A stretch of 64,000 nucleotides of DNA from positions 1-64,000 of the forward strand of contig MCFE01000328.1 of NCBI GenBank assembly GCA_002104905.1, in the 5' to 3' direction. This document shows, one piece after another, positions 37,701 through 51,000 of this stretch; within the stretch, counting starts at the first letter, position 1, and each line of letters opens with the position of its first letter. Under the pieces are notes generated by a model. The model searched no databases. It worked only from the letters and a program-made list of their open reading frames with translations, and was not told where the DNA came from. Origin of the DNA: Basidiobolus meristosporus CBS 931.73. Lineage: Eukaryota > Fungi > Basidiobolomycota. The position numbers and the translations under genes were made by a program.

Positions 37701-37948
37701 AATTGATGTACAACTGAAGATTCAACAGATATAAATCAACTCATACACATGAAAAGTAAGAGAAATGGTTAAGTCAGGAAGTAAGGAGTGTGAAAAAGAG
37801 GCAATAGCCAATCAATGTACACAAATGTGGGATGTGATCAAGTGTCTGGGATCCAAAAGTGGGCAAATTGGCAAGGAATCAATCAAAAGCCACTTATGTG
37901 TTGTTGTGATGAAAAATTTTGTTCTTGGGATAGAGTCCTGATGAGATC
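34732..37948. mobile_element. Least-decayed two-gene CACTA/En-Spm-like copy: transposase 5' part (minus, from 35445) and divergent ORF-A (plus, from 35668)
   Basis: ORF 34732-35445 (CGYC/H/C Zn-finger-like start) is collinear with 40042-40311, which runs into transposase motifs. ORF-A spans 35668 to about 37612. More CpGs are retained than in sister copies. Confidence 0.72.
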
Positions 37949-40315
37949 AGTACCTCTCAGTATTCTCCACACACCAAGCAAGATGGAGTAGAGATTGGAT
38001 ACAGTAAAGGCAGAGATCTACATGTTCAACTTCATGTTTGTAGTATAGCTGCTCAAATCCTGTCACTCACTTGTTGCACAATAGCTGTAAATGTGTCAAG
38101 TTAGCATTGGTGATCTGTTTATGGATAAATATTCCTACAATGTTGACATATGACTCCCAATGCTTCCAATGTACTCTTGATAGGAATAGCTTCAGAACAC
38201 CGCTTGAATAGACTTGTTCCATTGGATAGTGCCACATCAAGCAATGAGTGCCAAATGATGCCATAGTGTGCCAAGGAGGCCAAGTGAGCCTATATTTGGC
38301 CTCAGAGTGTGAAATGTAGCTCTGCATCTGCATGCAAAGCAGCCCCTACGTTTCACTCATTGTGCTGGAGAAAATCTATTTTTTGACCTTTTTTTTGGAA
38401 CAATGTTTTGCAGGATGTGTACAAGCACATAACGATTGAAGGCATGCATCTGGTACTCAATATGCATGGCACACTGAATCTAGCTGCTGTAGCTTGTATC
38501 ATGTCACAAAAATGCATGGCACTATCTTGGTCCATTGGTACTATCTGGCACTATATTTAAATATTAGCCCTAAAGTAAGACCTATATGAAGCACTTATAG
38601 TGCCAGATAGTACCAGTGGACCAAGATAGTGCCATGCATTTTTGTGACATGATACAAGCCACAAGAGCTTGATTCAGAGTGCCATGGGTATTGAGTATCA
38701 GAGGCATGTCTTCAGTCCTTCTGTGCTCTCACACATTCTGAACAATGTTGATCCAGAATAAAGGTCAAAATATGGATTTTCTCCAGTACAATGGGTGAAA
38801 CACAGGGGCAGCTTTGCAAGAAGATGCAGAGCTATGTTTTACACTCTGTGGCCAAATATAGGCTTACTTGGCTTCCCTGGGACACTATGGTATCTTTTGG
38901 CACTCATGGCTCAATGTGGCACTACCCATCAGAACAAGTCTAATAAATACATAGCAAATTTGTCTAATTTTTGCATTTGTATTGTTGCATACAAGTTTGA
39001 ATATTGATTGGAGCCCATGAGAAGTACTTAGGGTAGTGGATACTCTGTGATATCTTGCTATTTTCTTCAAATTTCTCTGGTATCTGAAGAAGCTCATTTA
39101 GCTTGAAATGCTGCAAGTATAACTTTGTTATCAGTATAGGGATATTGTTGAAAAGTAAATGCATTGCTCCCAGTGGAAAGCTTATGCTCTAACAGTTACC
39201 TGCTATCTTAAGTATATCTGGTTTCCAATTGATTCCATATTCCAGCCAATGGCTTGTAGCTTGCCAATTTTGCCACAATTGCGTGCTTACTTCTGTGCAT
39301 TCTCTCAGTGAAAAGTGAAGTTCCTAGTGCTTGTGTTTGAGTAATAATAGTGCGTGTGAGTTATGGAATAAATCCCCTGGATCTCACAGATTTAACAGCA
39401 ATACTATCCATTGTGCCCAGAGAAGCCAGCTATCTTGCTGAAGGCTGGGGTATTTCCAATGCAAATAATAATATGCACTTTTACATAACAGCCATTTACT
39501 GTATCTTGCCAGAAAGCATACAAAACTTGTCCAGCAGTGGATACAGATAGCCATTCAGGTTGGACAGTGATTAAGGCCCAGACACAAGTGAGACTTCCAA
39601 CAGATTTTTACTCTGATGCTGTAAGATAGGCAGCAAGTTCAGGTTGATGAGAATCAGTGGCCAGCAGGATCTACTGGCAGAGTACTTGTTCAGTGAGAAT
39701 CCATCAAGTGCTAAGGCAATGGCTCAGTCATACCTACCTTCAATGTAGCTTGAAATGTTTGCCATCAAATATATTGGATATGTTTGCCCTTGATTGATAC
39801 TGAGTGCAGTAATTTAAGCTTTGCAATATTTGCTAGACCGCATGAGCTTTTTTAGACAGGGTATTACTGGAATATATCCAGAGTGTGTACAATGTTTTCC
39901 CTTAATTGTGGTCAATTCCTGACAACTTGGACACATTGCAATGGTGGCATTTTTTGATATGAAGGCCAGGCAACTATTAACAAATGCTAGAATCAGGACA
40001 ATTGCTGAGTTATTTGTTGCCAGCTGCATGACAGTTGTCCACTAGTACCACACATATTGTAGATTGCATCCTGGAGTGATTTTGCCAAGTAGGGACAAAT
40101 CCTCAATGCCCCTATTACTGATATCATTGGAAAGGTGCCACTTCTCTAGCCACAACATCACATCACTCACCAATAGATGGATTACTGGGCTCACTTGGCT
40201 CCATAAAGTATCCTTGGCATTTGTCTCAACAGGTGTTGTCTCATTGCATATAGGGATTTGACCAGGTTCATACATGGTACTGTTGTAAGGGGAGATAGGC
40301 TCAAAATCCATCAGT
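37949..40315 (-). mobile_element. Decayed CACTA (Transposase_21-type) transposase, interrupted by a foldback element
   Basis: Minus-strand translation: YIPVIPCLKKLM, NIFDGKHF, ALALDGFSLNKY...SCWPLILINLNLLP...VSGP*SLSNLNGYLYPLLDKF, FPLGAMHLLFNNIP. Confidence 0.82.
38210..38941. mobile_element. 732-bp foldback/MITE with about 345-bp inverted arms, termini AGAC...GTCT, TSD AAT
   Basis: Arms 38210-38554 and 38597-38941 are reverse complements around a spacer of about 40 bp; AAT lies on both flanks; the flanks are collinear with the uninterrupted transposase at 43430-43930. Confidence 0.88.
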
Positions 40316-40319
40316 GAAC

Positions 40320-40943
40320 CTTCTGTGCAACAAGCAGGGCTACATCCAAAGGCAATTTGTCTACCACAGCCTCCACATAGTCCATTGTTGACAGAGTGGA
40401 GACCCCACTGATAGACAGGCTACAACACAAAGAGCTTGAACAACTGTCACAATGCGTTTGGGAACCAGTGAATGAACAGTGGCATAAAGTCATTTGGTTC
40501 CTGCCAAAGTTGTGGAACCAGAGTGTTACAGCAGAAATACTTATTGAGTAGTAAATTTAATGGAGTTACTTGTTGAGTGTGGGGTTGGGCTTAATGTTAG
40601 TGTAGGGTATAGAGACTTATATAGGTCAATACAATTGACAATTGATGTACAACTGAAGATTCAACAGATATAAATCAACTCATACACATGAAAAGTAAGA
40701 GAAATGGTTAAGTCAGGAAGTAAGGAGTGTGAAAAAGAGGCAATAGCCAATCAATGTACACAAATGTGGGAAACAGTCAAGTGCCCAGGATCCAAAAGTG
40801 AGCAAATTGGTAGTGAACCAATCATAAGCCACTTATATATCATTGTGATGAGATATTTTCACCAAGTTTTTTGTGAAATCTGGGGTGTGATTATTTTTCA
40901 ATGGTCTCTGCACAGTGTCATGACAGGATCAGTACCTCATAGT
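40320..40943 (+). mobile_element. Internally deleted ORF-A 3' end and flank of the CACTA-like element
   Basis: Mosaic of segments homologous to 35766-35795, 37254-37350 and 37520-37948. Confidence 0.75.
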
Positions 40944-41690
40944 AAAGAATGAGAGGTTACCATTGGGTTGAAGAGAATCTCTACACCATTCAATAAAGAA
41001 TTCATGCAAACAAGAACCAGAGTGTACCCAAAAGGGGAATTAAAATTCAGCAGGGAGAAGAGAATTATTGGCCAAGTACAAAATAGTATTTTGTGGATAT
41101 TTAAGTGGTTTTCATGGCAACAGTAGCAGCAACCAAGTATATGCTTGCAGGATGTAAATGTTGCCAGTAACACAAGGTAAATGACAACTTTGCAGGTACC
41201 ATACTGAAACACCATAAACTTGAGGTGATAGAAGTGTGCCAAATGCAGCGGGTGCACACATATGGAGAAGGAATGTATTAGCTAAATACCAAGAAGTTCT
41301 TTGTGGATAGTCAACAGGTATTCATGGCTAAAGTGGTGGCAACCAAGCATATGCTGGCAAGATATGTATGTTACCAGCATTACTAGGTACATGACAACTT
41401 TGCAAATATTAAACCAGAAAGTTGTAAAGCTGAGGTGATGGAAGTGTATCTATTGCTGCAGGTGTGCTTGTATGTAGAGGTTAGTAAGTATAAGGCCATA
41501 GTTTTTTGATTCAAGCACTATATGAAATACCCATGGTAGTAGTGGGTGCGCAAATAAATTGAGGTGATTCCACAATGGTATATGTGAGTGGTGCAAGGGG
41601 AGGTAGCCAAATCCCAATCAGATCCACCTACTCACCAAATGTTCTTTCCTAGTGCTATTGAGGTTAGAAAAAGTCTGTACTTGGATTGGT
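40944..41690 (+). mobile_element. CACTA transposase C-terminal fragment (opposite orientation) with a tandem duplication of about 210 bp
   Basis: Reverse-complement match to 42760-43120; 41050-41260 and 41265-41470 are two diverged copies of one segment. Confidence 0.6.
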
Positions 41691-41699
41691 CTCTTTAAT

Positions 41700-43931
41700 G
41701 AAAGAGCAATTTATACATATTACACTGTAACCCTTATTGTTGTATATTGTTTCTCTCACTATCACTTTGCTTGGATGAGAGGGTCCCACCTCAATGCTCT
41801 AACAGCACCTTAAAGTACTGCACTTGCAACTGGTCCAATAGCCAAAATCAACCTACATGATTTGCTAATTAGTGCCTTGTCTTGCTTAATAGGTGGTTGA
41901 ACAGGGTGGCTTAGCATGCCTGCAGCCAGCTAGGCAAGATTGTTCATCTTCAGCAGTAGCACTGGTGTTATGAATGGTGAATTTTTTGCAAGCATTCATT
42001 GTGAGGGGCTGGGCCTCAGGTTCTAGATTAGCTTGATATTACTTAAATCAGTATGTGAATTGACAAGAGTGGAGCACTGCATTCTGGTTGCCCTGAGTTA
42101 CATTTACTGAGATGGTAGGCCCAACCCACTGTACTGCACACCAGCATGTTTTTGTACCCACCATTAAAAGCTGAGGCTCATGTGCTTATAGTGTGCCTAC
42201 ATTAGAAAGGTCACCAGAAGCAGTTTGCCTACAATCAGATGCCCAATGAGAAGTTATTTGGTCCTGCAGGTGAATCCAATCCAAGTCAGCTATGATAAGC
42301 CTGCAACAAGTCTGTCATTAAGCTAGCTGCTTAGAATTATTGACCCATTGCACAATCTTATGTTGGCAGTGTGATGACATTTTGCAGATTTTACTGCCAA
42401 AGTAAAGCTAATAACTTGATTGTGTTTTAGCAATTTTTTGACAAGAAGTGCATGGTGTTCTGATGGTCCTAATATGCTCTACATTTATTTGAGTGGACTT
42501 AACCAGCAAATACATCCAATTGTCTTATATGGCAAGAAACTTGACAGTGCCCTTACAGCCTTATTGAAGACCTCTGTTGGCATTATTAAAGTAATATGAC
42601 AGCCTACAGCTAGTTCCATACAATGCTACCACACCAATATTCCAACTGAAGCTTTCTTTTTCTACATCCCCATTTGCCATTCATATACCCACTGTAGAAT
42701 CACCCTTCTTTATTTTCTAACCTACTGCTATCTTGGATACTCCCCACATAGTTTGAGTAAAAAAACAATGGCCTCCTGCTTACTAACCTCTACATACCAG
42801 CATCCCCACTGCAATTGGCACACTTCTATCACCTCAACTTTACTGCTTTTAAATATGATACTTGCAAAGTTGCCATGTACCTTTTACTGCTGGTAACATA
42901 CACTTCTTGCCAGCATATGTTTGGTTGTTGCCACTTTTACCATTAATACCAGCTGAATATTTGCAAAGAACCTTTTGGTATTCAGCCAATATATTCCTTC
43001 TCCCTGTTGGATTCTAGTCCCCCTTGAATGTGTACTCTAGCTCTTGCTTTTGTGAATCCAGTATTGAATAGTGTGGAAACTGGCTTTTGACTAAGAGAAA
43101 CCCAACATACTTTAGTAAAGTTGTCCTAATAAGGACTAGCAATTTGTTGCACCCAATACAACTTTGCATTACTTGACTGTTTATTCACAGACAGGGGCTG
43201 CTTAGCTTCTGAATGCCAAAGGCATAGGTGTCTCCATCTGCACATCTGTCCTCAGTGTTTTACTTCTCTTCTTGGCAGCCCTCCATGTGCCAACTCATTG
43301 CATCCCTGATAGGATTGAAGGTAATATTGGTGACAAGATTGGGATATGGTAGTACTTGTGACTTGGCTTGTGTTTGTGTCTCCTCTCACATCTGCTCCAT
43401 AGGAAGCTCCTAAAGGGTGAAGGAAAGCCCAATATGCTCCATACACCAAGCAAGATGGTGTGGAGAATGGATACATTTGCTGCAGAGATCTACGTGTTGG
43501 GCTTTGTGCTTGTAGTACAGCATCTTTAATACTGTCACAAACTACTTGCGCAAAACCCAAAGATACATCAGGTTGGCATTGGCAATCTATGTCTGGATAA
43601 ATATTCCTATAATTGCTTCATATGACTCCAATGTTTCCTATTTACTCTTGGTAGAAATGGCTTCAGAAGGCTACCTGAATATTTATATATCTATTTCAAC
43701 CAGTCCTTGCATTTGTATTGTTGCATATGTGTAAGAATATTGGTAGGAATCTGTAGGATGTACTTTAGGAAGTGGATGCTCCATAATATCTTGCCAATTC
43801 TTTTAGATTGCTTTGGTGTCTCTAAGAGCTCATTTTACTTGAAATGCCTGTGTACAACTTGGTCATTAGTATAGGGATATTGTCAAAAAGCAAATGCATT
43901 GCTCCCAGTGGAAAGCTTTTGCTCTAACAAG
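41700..43931 (-). mobile_element. CACTA transposase 3' portion, left flank of the Gypsy insertion
   Basis: 43430-43930 is homologous to 37950-39200 (FPLGAMHL region); homology stops at the Gypsy LTR and resumes at 55137. Confidence 0.72.
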
Positions 43932-46159
43932 TGTTATGATCTACCACCTGAATATTTAAGTTAGATCAGTTTTTAGTCAATTAATTAGTTCTATGTTTAG
44001 CTTATCAGTATATTAGTAATTTATACCAAATCAGTAGCATTAGTCAGCAAATGAACAAGCAGATCCTTCAGACAGAAATGGATATATTAAGTAGGATCTT
44101 ATTGGGTGATGATAATGCAGTCAAATGAGTCTTCAGCCACAGCCTACATTAGGAAATACCATTAGTCAGTATTTGATTTGGAAAAATGTATATTAGGAGC
44201 TTCTGGAACCTCAATAAAAATTAGTTCAAGCTTTAGGGGATACAATGCTAGCTAAACTCCCTATTCCTCTACCTCTCTTATACCAAGACTTGTAACATTG
44301 GTAGCAGCAATAACCAGAAACCTCCCTCCTGAAGAACAAAGAAGCCTCCCACACAATGTCCAAAAATCAAGAATGAAAGAATGCTATGCAGCAAATCCTG
44401 CCCCAGCAGCAACAGTTACTCCAGATCCTCAGCCAACAGCAACAAGGAATGACTACCATGGCCCAAAGCCAGCAAAGCCCTATCAAGAACAACTTTAGTG
44501 TGAAGGTCAACTGGTAACATGGTAGAGTCAATGAAAACCTGGAAACCTGGCACTTCCAGATTGAAGAAGCTTTTAAGGCTAAGAGAGTTGCTCCAGAAAG
44601 CAAGTTACATTATGTGGCAACATACCTAGCAGATGCATCTTAACAGTGGTACCAAAATAAGATTAGGTCAGCCACCATGATGGGATGCTCTACAATCTCT
44701 ACCTGTTATGAGTTTGTGTTGCAAATTCAGGATGCCTTTGAACCTCCACACCAACAGACATTACTGAGAAGAAAGTTGAAGATGCTCAGACAGAAAGGAA
44801 TGGTCCAAGAATACATCTATGAATATAGATGTCTACTTGGACAAATTTAAAGAATGGACCCTCTGGATCAAGTTTGATACCTTATTGATAGGTTGAAAGA
44901 AAGAACTTCTAAGGAAGTGAATTACCAAAAACCTCAGACTATTGAGGAAGCTTTCAAGGTTGCCATTGACTATGACTCAGCTATTTTTGGGGTTGGGAAG
45001 CCCACAATGACTGATCAGAGAGGCTACAATCACTGTGAATGAAGACAATCAGAAGCAATGCCAAGGGAAATAGAAGCTATGCAGAAGAATCCTACTTCAG
45101 AAGAATGTAAGAAGAAAGAACTTTGCTTTAATTGACACCAACGGGGACATACTGAAAGTACCACCCTCAGAAAAAAAATGGACACCACACATCAAGAACC
45201 TTAGCCATATTGAAGCCCTACTGCATAGTAACATGGAGGATGAAGTTGAAGAAGACTCAAGACTCACCTTCCATATGTCAGATGAATACCCATCCCAGAT
45301 GACCTCAAACTCAGGAAGGCTATTATACTTGAATACAGTAATAATTGGAGTACCTGCCATGATCATGAATGACTCAGGAGCATTGAATGAGTATATGTCC
45401 AAGCAATTTGCTTTGAAAGCTGGAATCAACCTGGAACCCACCAAATCAACTTCAGTCTCAACGGCTAATGGGAACTCTCACATAGTTGACCATATTACTC
45501 AGCTAGTAAGGATGAAGATCATTAATTACAAAGAAGTTCTACAGGCCTATATATTTGGGAGCTGCAACTTTGACCTTGTACTTGGGAAAACCTAGCTATT
45601 TTGTTGTAATCCATCAATCAGCTGAAGAACCCATGCTACTCAGATCCAGAAGGACATCAAGACCTATTAGCTATTACCTACCAGACTGGATTTTAACTTG
45701 GTCAATTCCAGTGTGTGTGACACAAGTGAACTTAGCAGGACACAGTTCTATTGAGCACTAAGAAAGGCACCAAGTTGTTCCTCATGGCAGTATTATAGGA
45801 GGATTCCTCTACTCCAATATCCCAAAAGGTCAGATTTTTTTGAAGGAATATTCAGACGTATTTCCAGATAAGCTTGTAAGCCTACCACCAGTCAGAGCTG
45901 TGGATCATGCCAATGAAATGGGAGATAGCCCTCCAGTGAGTAAGACACCTGACAGAATGAGTCCATTGGAGTTGGAAAAGATGAAGAGACAAATAGTTCG
46001 GTAACTGGAGCAAGGATATATTAGACACAGCAAGTCACCTTGGGGAGCATCAGTACTTTTTGTGAAGTAGAAGGATGGAACAATTAGGATGTGTATTGAC
46101 TACAGAGCCTTCATCAGTTACCATGAAGAATAAGTACCCCATACCTTGGATTGATGAGC

Positions 46160-48030
46160 AATCACTGATCAAGGCAAAAATGTGGTAACTAGTAGATTTA
46201 CCAGATGGGAGAAAGCCAATAGGATGTAGATGGGTCTACAAGATCAAAATAACCTCAAATGGTGCCGTTGATAAGTTCAAGGCTATATTGGTTGCTAAGG
46301 GCTATTCCCAGATCCAGAGACTAGACTTTAAGGAAAACTTTGCTCCAGTTGCCAAGTTGAACTCCATTAGGACAGTTCTAGCCTTGGCAGCTGTACACAG
46401 TCTAAATCTACACCAAATGGATGTCAAAACAGCCTTTCTAAATGAGCATTTGCAAGGAACCATACATATGGAGCAACCAGAAGGTTTTATCAATCCAAAA
46501 GACCCCTATAAGGTGTGCAAACTTAGAAAGTTGTTGTATGGGCTTAAGTAGGCACATAGAGCATGGTATAACAAGATTGACACATATCTAGAGGAAATTG
46601 GGTTCTCTTGCAGCACTGCAAATCACAGTTTATATGTGAAACAGCTCAAAAAGGGTGTGTTCATCCTAGTTCCTTTTGTAGATAACCTAATTACAGCTAC
46701 AAGTGACCAAGAGGCACTTAAACAGACAAAATCAGATCTCTTCAGCAAGTTTGAAATGAAAGATCTTGGAAAAATGAGCTATTCTCTTGGAGTTGAGGTC
46801 AAATTTGATACACCTACGCAGAAAGTTGTGCTGAATCAGTTTAAGTACCTCAGCGGCATTCTTAGATGCCTCAAAATGGAAAATTGCAAACATGCAGCTA
46901 CCCCAATGGTCAACAACCTGAAATTCAGCAAATCACAGCCAGTTATAGATGAAAACAGCTCAAATATGGACCAAAACTTTCCCTATCAGTCAATGGTTGG
47001 TAGCCTAGTGTACTTGATGGTATCTACAAGTCCAGATATTGCAGTGGCAGTTGGAATAGTCAGTCAATTCATGCAGAATTATGGATCAGATCAAATTGCA
47101 GCAGTTAAGCAGATTTTCAGATATCCACAAGGTACCATTTATATAGTACTGAAATACTCTGGAGCAGCTAATAGGCAAATATTTGATAGTAATAGTGATT
47201 CAGATTGGGGTAGGGGTCTGATTGACAGAGGCTATACCACAGGCTATGTATTTCTTTATGCTGGTGCAGCTATTACTTGGAATTGTAAGAAACAACCCAC
47301 TGTGGCCCTATCTACAACTGAAGCAGAATATATGGCTGCATGTCAAGCAACCAAGGAGGCTATATGGCTACAAAAGTTATTCAAAGACTTAGGTTTTGAT
47401 TCAGATGAACCAACATATATTTACAAGGATAATCAAAGTTGTATTTCATTAGCTAGAAATTCTACTAATCATGCCAGAACTAAGCACATTGATATTCAGC
47501 ATCACTTTGTGCGGGAAGCTGTAGAAAGTAACTTAGTCAAGTTGGCATACTGCCCAACTAACAAAATGGTGGCAGATATATTGACATAACCACTAGCTAG
47601 GCCACAGTTTGAAAATTGTAGGGAGGAACTAGGATTAAGAAATTATTGAGTTGAGGGGGAGTGTAGAGATCTTGGACTATTTGGTGTCATTCTGCAGCTA
47701 AAAATTTACTTAACAATACTGGACTAGTCTTGGACACTGTGAGAATAATTTACAGCTCTAACTTTGCCACTTTCTTCAGATCTATGATCTTATGATTATT
47801 CCCTTATAGTCAGGATCAAATTAGCACTAATACTAACTTTTATGTACTAACCCTGAAATTGTTACAGAATGCTCCTGAATATTGAGGGACCCTCCTTACT
47901 TAGTGTTACAGCTGTATTATTTCTACAAAGGTATAAATACTGAGCTTCTTTATTCATCAACAATAGTTCAACTTTTACCACTATTTCTTGATAAGTTCCT
48001 TACATCAAAATCACTTCTTAATTTGAAACA
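46160..48030 (+). mobile_element. Copia element A: RT-RNase H, PPT and 3' LTR (47662-48030); 5' half missing
   Basis: LVAKGYSQ, HQMDVKTAFLN, LYGLK, FVDNLI, KQPTVALSTTEAEYMAA, KHIDIQHHFVRE; PPT GAGGGGGAG directly before the LTR. Confidence 0.92.
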
Positions 48031-51000
48031 GTAAATACATGTTGGTTCATGTGAGTTAAAACCTAGGTTTTTGAATGATTTTTGTAGCCATATAGCCTCC
48101 TTTGTTGCCTGAGGTGAAGCCATATATTCTGCTTCAGTTGTAGATAGGCCACAGTTGGTTGTTTCCTGTGATTCCAAGTAATAGCTGCACCAGCATAAAT
48201 ATATACATAGCCTGTGGTAGAGTGTCTGTGAAACAGATCCCTACCCCAATCTAAATCACTATAGGCATCAAATCTCTGCCTATTAGCTGCTCCAGAGTAT
48301 CCCAGTACCATATTTATGGTACCTTGTAAATATCTGAAAATCTGCTTAAATGCTACAATTTGATCTGATCCATAATTCTGCATGAATTAACTTACTATTC
48401 CTACTGCCACTGCAATATCTTTACATGTAGACACCATCAAGTACATCAGGTGACTAGCCATTGACTGTTACGGAAAGTTTTGGTCCATATTTGAGCTGTT
48501 TTCATCTATTACTGGCTGAGATTTGCTTAATATCAGGTAATTGTCCATATGGGTAGCTGCAGGTTTGCAATTTTCCATTTTGAAGCATATAAGAATGTCC
48601 CTCAGGTACTTAAACTGATTCAGCACATTTTTCTGTTTAGGTATGTAAAATTTGACTTCAATTTCAAGAGAATAGCTCAATTTTCCAAGATCTTCCATCT
48701 CAAACTTGCTGAAGAGATCTGATTTTTTCTGTTTAAGTGCCTCTTGGCCACTTGTAGCTATAATTAGGCTATCTACATAAGGAACTAGGATGAACACACC
48801 CTTTTTGAGCTGTTTCACATATACACTGTGATTTGCAGTGCTGCAAGAAAACCCAATTTCCTCTAGATATGTGCCAATCTTGTTATACCATGCTCTAGGT
48901 GCCTGCTTAAGCCCATACAACAACTTCCTAAGTTTGCCAACCCTTTAGGGGTCTTTTGGATTGATAAAACCTTCTGGTTGCTCCATATATATGGTTTCTT
49001 GCAAATCCTCATTTAGAAAGGCTGTTTTGATGTCCATTTGATGTAGATCTAGACTGTGTACAGCTGCCAGAGCTAGTACTGTCCTAATGGAGTTCAACTT
49101 GGCAACTGGAGCAAGGTTTTCCTTAAAGTCTAGTCCCTGGATCTGGGAATAGCCCTTAGCAACCAATATAATCTTGTACTTATCAGCAGTACCATTTGAG
49201 GTTATCTTGATCTTGTAGACCCATCTACATCCTATTGGCTTTCTCCCATTTGGTAAATCTACTAGTTCCCACGTTTTTGCCTTGATCAGTGATTGGTATT
49301 CCTCCTGCATGGCTTGTTGCCACATAGTAGCATCAGGACTTTGCATTGCATGTTCCAGATTCCAAGGTTTGGCACATAAGGCAAGATAAGCTTCTTCATG
49401 ATCATTGGATATATGCCACCAGGATCCAGGGGCATTTCTTGTTCTGGTAGATCCCCTAACCGGGATAATGTGCTCTGATCTGAAACCAACAGAATTATCA
49501 TCTGTATCTGGCTGAATTAGATACGCATCTTCTTCATTAGTGTTGATTACATCATTGGGTAGCTGGCCAATGATTTCTGTGGCTTTCTGATCTGAATTCT
49601 CCTCAGGGTACAAGATCCCTGCTCTTGATCAGTTTCTGAATTTTGCCATCATACACTCTTTACTCTTTTGTATCTTCACAATGCCCAAGAAAGATCCCTT
49701 TCCCACTCTTTGATTCCAACTTTGAGTGTTATTTGTCATAGATGTGATAAAAAACATTACTTCCAATGATCTTGAGGTGCTGGAGATCTGGTTTTTTGCC
49801 TGTATATGCCTCAAGGGGTGTAGAATCATGTAGTGCTGTTTTTGAACATCTGTTCTTGATGTAAACTGTGGTAGCAACAGATTCAGTCCAAAACATGTAG
49901 TCCATTCCCTTATCGTGTAGCATAGATCTTCCCATCTCTACTATTGTTCTATTTGCTTGTTTTGCTATTTCATATTGCTGTGGAGTATGAGGAACTGTGG
50001 TCTGTTGAAGTACACAAGTAGATGAGCAATATTTTGTAAGCTCCTTTGAACAATATTCTCCTCTATTGTCACTTTGTAGTAACTTCAATTTACACCCACT
50101 TTGTGTTTCTGCCATCTTCTTGAAGTGCTTAAACATCTCAAAAGCTTCATCCTTTTTATTGAGGAAGTACACCCATGTATGTCATGTTTTGTCATCAATA
50201 AACATCTTAAAGTATCTCTTACTCCAATGGGCAGTGTTCTCATGGGGCCACAAATGTCTGAGTGTACAATAGCCAGTATTTTGGTGGTATTATGCCTTCT
50301 GAGCTCTTGAAACATTGCCTAGCCTGTTTGCCATATGAACATCCCTTACAGACATTCAATTTGACCGGAATTGAGTAGTTTAGGCCCCAAATAAGCTGAC
50401 ATTTCACCATTTGGCTCATTTTCTGCTCCCCCATGTATCCTAGCCTCCTATGCCATGTCTCCCAGCTGGTTTCATCAGTTTCAGCAATGTTGAAATATTC
50501 AGGTACAATAATCTTGCACTATAACTTGTATATACTGTGATCTCAGATTCCCAAAGCTAATTTTTGTCCATTTTCACTCATTATTGCGCAGCTCATCTTA
50601 GTAAAAACAAATTTCAGTCCCTGAGCAGTTGCTTTACCGACTGAGAGTAGGTTCTTAGCTATTCCAGGTACATAGAGTACATCAGTCAGTCTTACTGCTG
50701 TTGCCCCTGAGCTATTGCGCATATTTAGTTGAATAGACCCACTGGCAATAGCTTCCAGAGTAGAGTTATCTCTCAGATAAACCTTTCTTAAGGGAATAGT
50801 CTTTAAGTTGCTGAACCACTCCTATATACCACAAATATGCTGTGATGCTCCAGAGTTAATATACTATTCATAACTTTGGCTACTTGTACTCTCTTGTACA
50901 GTGACAAATTACTGTTCATTAGTGGTTATATGGTTTGCCGGCTATAGTTTCTGTTTTTTGTCTGCTTGTTTCTTCTTGCATTCTCTTGTCCAGTGTCCTG

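Noticed and set aside
40944-43120. Inverted repeat pair 40944-41510 / 42760-43120 as TIRs of a new element
   Set aside because: Both arms translate as CACTA transposase C-terminal sequence, so they are two fragments in opposite orientation.
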